DNA of 64,000 bases. Source: an uncultured Eubacteriales bacterium (GTDB taxonomy: Bacteria > Bacillota > Clostridia > Peptostreptococcales > Anaerovoracaceae). Below the pieces are notes generated by a model that worked only from the letters and a program-made list of their open reading frames with translations, had not been told where the DNA came from and searched no databases. The stretch spans positions 141,956-205,955 of the forward strand of contig CACYYD010000002.1 in the NCBI GenBank assembly GCA_902778585.1. The letters run 5' to 3'. This document shows positions 59,038 to 64,000 of this stretch, piece by piece. Numbering within the stretch: position 1 is the first letter of the stretch; each line of letters starts with the position of its first letter. A program made the position numbers and the translations under genes.

Positions 59038-59670
59038 TCAGTTGAAGTATCTGAATACTCCTTTTACCTTGCCAACTATAGTGACGTCCTGTGCGATTAT
59101 AGGATCCATGTAATCGTTCTCAGGCTGCAGTCTTATGTGATCGCGTTCCCTGTAGAATCTCTTTACCGTAGCTCCCGGTTCATAGTCGTCGTTTACAAGA
59201 GCAACTACGATCTCGCCGTTCGATGCCTCATGGGACTCCTGAACGATCAGATAGTCTCCGTCATTGATGCCTACGTTGATCATGCTGTCTCCGTGCACTG
59301 TCAGGATAAAGTTGTTTCCGTTCCCGACAAATCTCGATGGAATAGGCATCTCATCAACTATATTCTGCTCTGCCAGTATCGGCTCTCCTGCCGCGACTCT
59401 GCCGACTACCGGAAGAGATACAGTGTCATATGACACCGGAGCTGCGCTCTTATATTCATTCTCTACAGGCAGGACCGTTCTCGGCTTTGCAGGGTCCTTC
59501 TTCACGAGGCCCTTATCTTCGAGAGCCTTGATGTCGCTGTGCACGGTAGATGTCGACTTGATGTCAAGAGCGGCGCATATTTCTCTGACTGTAGGTGAAT
59601 AGCCCTTTGCGGCTATAGTCTTCTTCATGAAATCAAGTATTTCTTTTTGTCGCGTTTCACTCTTTTTCAT
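59038..59670 (-). CDS. lexA: LexA repressor
   Basis: N-terminal wHTH (GYSPTVREICAALDIKSTSTVHSDIKALEDKG), cleavage site VAAGEP, and catalytic GDSM and VKRF. Only 22 nt separate it from the upstream gene. Confidence 0.95.
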   Translation of the reverse strand: MKKSETRQKEILDFMKKTIAAKGYSPTVREICAALDIKSTSTVHSDIKALEDKGLVKKDPAKPRTVLPVENEYKSAAPVSYDTVSLPVVGRVAAGEPILAEQNIVDEMPIPSRFVGNGNNFILTVHGDSMINVGINDGDYLIVQESHEASNGEIVVALVNDDYEPGATVKRFYRERDHIRLQPENDYMDPIIAQDVTIVGKVKGVFRYFN

Positions 59671-59692
59671 GGTTCTTCCTCCGTTTTACCGG

Positions 59693-60523
59693 CTATTTGT
59701 ACTGATGATCTACAAGGTCATTGACGTTGAGTTCATGTCCGTACTCATTCCAGTCGTCATAGATACGTCCGGTCTGTCTGATGATGATATCTCCCACGAC
59801 TCCGTCGACCTTTGCAAACGGCAGTGTCTTGTGGTAAGTGATCTTGCTTCCTTCGCGCTCAAACACGAATCCTGTCCTGAATCTTTCCTTCTCGAGAGGA
59901 TACTTGTATTCGCAGATCTCGGATATCAGCTTGAAGAGATTGTCATTCTCTGTATCGAAAACGTTTTCGAGTGTCAGGAAGGAATAATTTGCTCTGAGCT
60001 GGATCTCGTGTCCCTTGAATCTGTCAAGGAACTTCAGGAGCTTTTCCTTTGTTGCAGGATCCTTGGCATCCTCAAATACCACGCAGTTGATCCTTGTCCT
60101 GAACTTCAGAAGGTCGAAGATCTCGTCCGGACATTCCTTTACATAATGCTTCAGATGTCTCGAAACATTGATGCAGCTGATGCGGTCAGCATACTTGTTG
60201 AGTACAGCGGCAACGTCTTCGATAGTCTGTCCCTTTCCCACCGGAAGAGTCGTGTTTATATAAATGTGATGACCTTCTCCGATATGGTCCAGAATGTCCT
60301 GCAGCGCACCGAGCTCGGCAAGAGGTTCGCCGCCTGTGAGCACGATGTCATTATGAGGAAAAATCCTGTCCATGAGGTCGAGAGACCTGTAGCATCTCTC
60401 AAGGTCAAATCCGGATGTATCTCTGTATTCCTGTTTGTTTACGCAGAACGGACATGCATTGTTACAGTCATACGGCACAAACATTGTTACCGTAGGACCG
60501 ATCTTTGGAAAATCTTTTTTCAT
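59693..60523 (-). CDS. Radical SAM domain protein of unknown function
   Basis: 276 aa. CxxxCxxC cluster motif YDCNNACPFCVNK at residues 20-27 and a GGE-type SAM motif VLTGGEPL. The C-terminal ~120 aa are unassigned. Co-oriented with lexA and immediately upstream of it. Confidence 0.75.
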   Translation of the reverse strand: MKKDFPKIGPTVTMFVPYDCNNACPFCVNKQEYRDTSGFDLERCYRSLDLMDRIFPHNDIVLTGGEPLAELGALQDILDHIGEGHHIYINTTLPVGKGQTIEDVAAVLNKYADRISCINVSRHLKHYVKECPDEIFDLLKFRTRINCVVFEDAKDPATKEKLLKFLDRFKGHEIQLRANYSFLTLENVFDTENDNLFKLISEICEYKYPLEKERFRTGFVFEREGSKITYHKTLPFAKVDGVVGDIIIRQTGRIYDDWNEYGHELNVNDLVDHQYK

Positions 60524-60588
60524 TACTTACTGTATCCCCTGTAATAACTCCGGGTCACAAATATCCCTATTGTGTGTTTTACGGAGTA

Positions 60589-60617
60589 ATAATAGCATCC
60601 GAACAGCTGTTTGTAAA
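60589..60617 (-). promoter_or_regulatory. Promoter of the radical-SAM/lexA operon with embedded SOS (Cheo) box
   Basis: Minus strand -35 TTTACA (60612-60617), 17-nt spacer, -10 TATTAT (60589-60594). CGAACAGCTGTTTG at 60600-60613 matches the Gram-positive LexA consensus CGAAC-N4-GTTCG at 9 of 10 specified positions. Confidence 0.55.
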
Positions 60618-60723
60618 TATTAGCAAGCCTTGTTTTTTAAATAACTTGCACGTTCTCCCCCTGTCGGTGTTAGAATAGTTGTGTATTGATTCAGCATTAT
60701 CATTTCATACGGAGGTAAAGACT

Positions 60724-61524
60724 ATGAAGGTAGGATTTCTTGGCGCAGGAGCAATGGGCGGCGCGATTCTTTCCGGAGCAGTAGCTGCCGGCGTGCTGGC
60801 TCCTGAAGACGTATTCGTTTATGACGTCTCAACTGAGATAACAGATAAATACAAAGATATGGGTTGCCATATCGTAAAGGACAACCGCGAACTCGGCGAA
60901 TCCGTTGACATCCTTCTGTCATGCGTAAAACCGCAGTACGCTGCAGGCGCGCTTGCAGAACTCGGCGACACACTTGACGGCAAGGCTATGATCTCCATCA
61001 TGGCAGGACTCACGACTGAGACCATCCGCAAGATGACAGGCGGCAGCTTCAGGCTTCTGAGGCTCATGCCTAACACCCCTGCCCTCGTCGGACTCGGCGC
61101 ATTCGCGCTGGATTCGGGCACAGACCTTACGGCCGATGAAAAAGACTTCGCACAGAAGCTATTCGAATCGCTCGGTATCGTTGAATGGATGCCTGAGAAC
61201 CTCATCGACACGGCATGCGGACTCTCCGGCGCAGGTCCTGCGTACATCTACCTCGTCATCGAGGCTATGGCTGACGGCGGAGTCGCCAAGGGACTTCCTC
61301 GCAAGACCGCTATGAACCTAGCGGCACAGACTGTAATGGGCGCTGCAAAGATGGTAATGGAGACTGGCCAGCACCCTGGATTCCTCAAGGATCAGGTATG
61401 CTCGCCTGGCGGAAACACCATCATCGGCATCAAGACTCTCGAGGAGCACGGAGTAAGAGGCGCGTTCATCGACACAGTCATCAAGTCGACGGAGCGCACA
61501 CAGGAGCTCGGCAGAAATAAGTAA
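60724..61524 (+). CDS. proC: Pyrroline-5-carboxylate reductase
   Basis: MKVGFLGAGAMGGAI...MPNTPALVG...AGPAYIYLVIEAMADGG. ATG at 60724 follows GGAGG. Confidence 0.9.
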   Translation: MKVGFLGAGAMGGAILSGAVAAGVLAPEDVFVYDVSTEITDKYKDMGCHIVKDNRELGESVDILLSCVKPQYAAGALAELGDTLDGKAMISIMAGLTTETIRKMTGGSFRLLRLMPNTPALVGLGAFALDSGTDLTADEKDFAQKLFESLGIVEWMPENLIDTACGLSGAGPAYIYLVIEAMADGGVAKGLPRKTAMNLAAQTVMGAAKMVMETGQHPGFLKDQVCSPGGNTIIGIKTLEEHGVRGAFIDTVIKSTERTQELGRNK

Positions 61525-61574
61525 TTTCCAGGGGTGATGATTCACCCCTTTTGTTTCAGAAAGGATCCGGATAA

Positions 61575-62033
61575 ATGGACAAAACGCTTTCGATGCGAAA
61601 GATGGAAGAACGCGACCGCGCCGAAGTCACTGAGATGATGCGCGTGTTCTATTCTTCCGATGCCGTGCACACAGACGGCTCGGATGAGATCTTTGAGCGC
61701 GACATAAGCGAATGCGTTTCTGACAGCCCTTTCGCCGAGGGCTTCGTTTTCCCGGATCCGTCAGGAGATGGTCTTCTCGGCTACGCCATGCTGGCGCACA
61801 GCTTCAGCACAGAGTATGGGATGCATTGCGTGTGGGTCGAGGATATATATCTGAAAGAAGAAGCACGCGGCAAGGGTCTCGCGTCAGTGTTCTTTGACTA
61901 CGTGCATTCAGCCTTCCCCGGCTCGCTTGTGAGGCTCGAAGCAGAATATGAGAACGAACACGCGATGGACGTTTATAAGAGCAAAGGATTCTCAGAAATG
62001 CCGTACGCCGAGCTGTACAGAAAACCTGAGTAA
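61575..62033 (+). CDS. GNAT family N-acetyltransferase
   Basis: 152 aa. Acetyl-CoA binding motif-A region VWVEDIYLKEEARGKGLASVFF. Confidence 0.8.
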   Translation: MDKTLSMRKMEERDRAEVTEMMRVFYSSDAVHTDGSDEIFERDISECVSDSPFAEGFVFPDPSGDGLLGYAMLAHSFSTEYGMHCVWVEDIYLKEEARGKGLASVFFDYVHSAFPGSLVRLEAEYENEHAMDVYKSKGFSEMPYAELYRKPE

Positions 62034-62036
62034 AAC

Positions 62037-62081
62037 AGAAAAGACGATGCGCAGCTTCAAAGCCATGCATCGTCTTTTTTA
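62037..62081. terminator. Bidirectional Rho-independent terminator between convergent genes
   Basis: GAAAAGACGATGC...GCATCGTCTTTTTT is a 10-bp stem flanked by an A-tract and a T-tract. Confidence 0.7.
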
Positions 62082-62109
62082 GTTGGATCATTCAGTCAGC
62101 CGTCCGGCT

Positions 62110-62565
62110 CTAGATAAGAGCGTCGATCCCGTAAGTGAGCGTAGTCACTATGATACCTGCAATAAATACTCCGAGAGTTATAGCCGGCATCGCCCTCTTG
62201 AGCCTCATGTCCATCATCGCAGCCACCAGAGCTCCTGTCCACGCTCCCGTTCCCGGAAGCGGAATGGCTACAAGTATGACAAGGCCCCAGAACTGATATT
62301 TCAGAACGACTTCCTTGTTCTTTTCAGCCTTGGCCTCAAGCCTTGAGACAAAGCGGTCGAGCCCCGAGCTTATGCCTCTGAGCCACTCAAATACCTTTCT
62401 GGTAAATACGACCAGCACCGGTATCGGGACCAGGTTTCCGATCACAGCGAGAATAAACGCTGTCGGAACACTGAGTCCGGCGAGCACCCCGTAAGGGATC
62501 GCCCCTCTCAGTTCTACTACAGGCACCATGGCCATTAAAAATGTGATTATCGCAGCTTTAAACAA
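62110..62565 (-). CDS. Small membrane protein of the putative small multidrug export family (COG2426-like)
   Basis: 151 aa, 4 TM helices. The N-terminal VPVVELRGAIPYG motif is characteristic of this family. TTG start after GGAGAAAG. Confidence 0.7.
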   Translation of the reverse strand: MFKAAIITFLMAMVPVVELRGAIPYGVLAGLSVPTAFILAVIGNLVPIPVLVVFTRKVFEWLRGISSGLDRFVSRLEAKAEKNKEVVLKYQFWGLVILVAIPLPGTGAWTGALVAAMMDMRLKRAMPAITLGVFIAGIIVTTLTYGIDALI

Positions 62566-62580
62566 TTATCTTTCTCCAGT

Positions 62581-63960
62581 TTATCCCTCAATAAGGAAAG
62601 CCTTGTATCCCTTGTAAGCCTCGTAAAGGTCGGCCTTGCTTACAGCCTCCCAAGGAGCATGCATCGAAAGCAGAGCGAGTCCGCTGTCGATCACCTGCAT
62701 TCCGTAAAGCGAAAGAATGTATGCGATGGTACCGCCGCCGCCTACGTCTACCTTACCGAGCTCAGCTGTCTGGTAAACTACGTTGTGCTTGTCCATCATT
62801 CTTCTGAGCTGTCCGAGGTATTCTGCGTTCGCATCGTTCGATCCGGACTTTCCTCTCGATCCCGTGAACTTGCAGAATACGAGTCCATGGCCGAATCTCG
62901 AAGCGTTCTGCTTCTCGAATTTATCGGCATAAAGAGGATCATATGCGGCATTTACGTCAGAGCTCAGCATGCGGCTGTTTCTGAAGCATCTTGTGAGGTT
63001 GAGTTCGCTGTAGATGCCCATCCTGTCGAGGACCTCTCTCATCATGTCCTCGAAGAAGTGCGACTCCATTCCTGTAGCGCCGACGCTTCCGATCTCTTCC
63101 TTATCTACAAAGAGTCCGCAGGCTGTTGTCTTAGGATCTGCAACGTCCATCATAGCGACTGCCGACGGATAAGCGCAGCATCTGTCATCATGGCCGTATC
63201 CGACGATCAGAGAACGGTCCAGACCGGCTTCTCTTGCCTTTCCTGCAGGAACAGCCTCGATCTCTGCCGAGATGAAGTCGTCCTCTTCGATATCATACTT
63301 TTCCTTCAGAAGTCCGAGAACAGCAGCCTTTACAGCATCCTTCTCCTCGCCCTTCAGCGGCTTGCTTCCGATGATGATATCAAGGTTTTCGCCCTCAATG
63401 ACTGTTGCAGCAGGCTTCTTCATCTGGTCACCTGCAAGGTGGATCAGCAGATCGCTGATGTAGAATACCGGATCATTGTCGTCTTCGCCGATGTTTACGG
63501 TAATCTTCTTACCGTCCGGTTTAACAACAACGCCGTGAAGTGCCAGCGGCATTGCTACATAATGATATTTCTTGATCCCGCCGTAATAATGAGTGTTGAG
63601 ATAAGCGAGTTCTTCCGACTCATAGAGCGGGTTCTGCTTGATGTCGAGTCTAGGCGAGTCGATATGCGCACCGAGAACGTTCATTCCGTCGTTGATGATG
63701 TCCTCACCGATGTTGAGCATCATTACTGCCTTGCCCATGTTTACGGCATAGACCTTGTCACCCTTTCCGAGCTTTTCTTTCTTTGCGATCACATCTGCCA
63801 GGTCACGGTATCCGTTTGCCTTTGCAAGCTCTACCAGCCTGTCTGTGCACTCGCGCTCAGTCTTTCCATGATTGAGAAAATCGATATAATCAGAGCTCAG
63901 CTTCTCAAGAGCCTTGAGATCAGCATCGCTGTAAGTTATCCAGGCGTTGTCGTGAATCAT
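62581..63960 (-). CDS. M18 family aminopeptidase
   Basis: 459 aa. GAHIDSPRLDIK, YGHDDR, EEIGS and SMHAP are motifs typical of M18 aminopeptidase 1. Confidence 0.85.
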   Translation of the reverse strand: MIHDNAWITYSDADLKALEKLSSDYIDFLNHGKTERECTDRLVELAKANGYRDLADVIAKKEKLGKGDKVYAVNMGKAVMMLNIGEDIINDGMNVLGAHIDSPRLDIKQNPLYESEELAYLNTHYYGGIKKYHYVAMPLALHGVVVKPDGKKITVNIGEDDNDPVFYISDLLIHLAGDQMKKPAATVIEGENLDIIIGSKPLKGEEKDAVKAAVLGLLKEKYDIEEDDFISAEIEAVPAGKAREAGLDRSLIVGYGHDDRCCAYPSAVAMMDVADPKTTACGLFVDKEEIGSVGATGMESHFFEDMMREVLDRMGIYSELNLTRCFRNSRMLSSDVNAAYDPLYADKFEKQNASRFGHGLVFCKFTGSRGKSGSNDANAEYLGQLRRMMDKHNVVYQTAELGKVDVGGGGTIAYILSLYGMQVIDSGLALLSMHAPWEAVSKADLYEAYKGYKAFLIEG

Positions 63961-64000
63961 TATAATCCTCCGTAAATGTATAGTTGTCCGCGCTGCCGCA

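Noticed and set aside
60641-60658. Second SOS box (AACTTGCACGTTCT) in the proC / radical-SAM divergent region
   Set aside because: The GAAC/GTTC half-sites are separated by 6 nt instead of 4, so it does not fit the Cheo box geometry.

Overview
Core chromosomal region of a Firmicutes/Clostridia-type genome (about 50% GC, Lachnospiraceae-like gene content). I call about 60 protein genes, and all but four CDS are on the minus strand. No rRNA, tRNA, CRISPR array, transposase or integrase was seen. Reading the minus strand from the high-coordinate end, the order is:
- M18 aminopeptidase, a small export protein, then (plus strand) GNAT and proC
- a radical-SAM gene plus lexA behind an SOS box
- a SpoIIE-type phosphatase, then (plus strand) maf
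- infC-rpmI-rplT with an L20 leader
- nrdR, cmk, radC, a MurE-like ligase, rny, nifS-thiI
- an 11-gene BCAA super-operon (ilvB-ilvN-ilvC-ilvD-leuA-leuC-leuD-leuB-DUF815-ilvA-ilvE) preceded by a leader-peptide attenuator
- thrS with a Thr T-box
- the conserved pyrH-frr-uppS-cdsA-dxr-rseP-ispG-polC block
- buk, a cadC-HMA-cadA metal-efflux module and a class A PBP
- the conserved rimP-nusA-ylxR-infB-rbfA-nrnA-truB-ribF-rpsO-pnp block, followed by ppk1 and azlCD

Several genes use non-ATG starts: TTG for thrS, ilvB, thiI, nrnA and azlC; GTG for truB and rseP; ATT for infC.

Most notable observations:
1. The syntenic PolC replicase has no proofreading exonuclease domain.
2. An uncharacterised radical-SAM gene is co-transcribed with lexA from an SOS-box promoter.
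3. An Ile/Leu-rich leader peptide plus terminator sits upstream of ilvB where no T-box is present.
4. A GC-rich structured leader of unknown class lies upstream of nifS-thiI.
5. A DUF815 AAA-type ATPase is embedded in the BCAA operon.

All calls come from reading the translations and motifs by eye. No database search was run.
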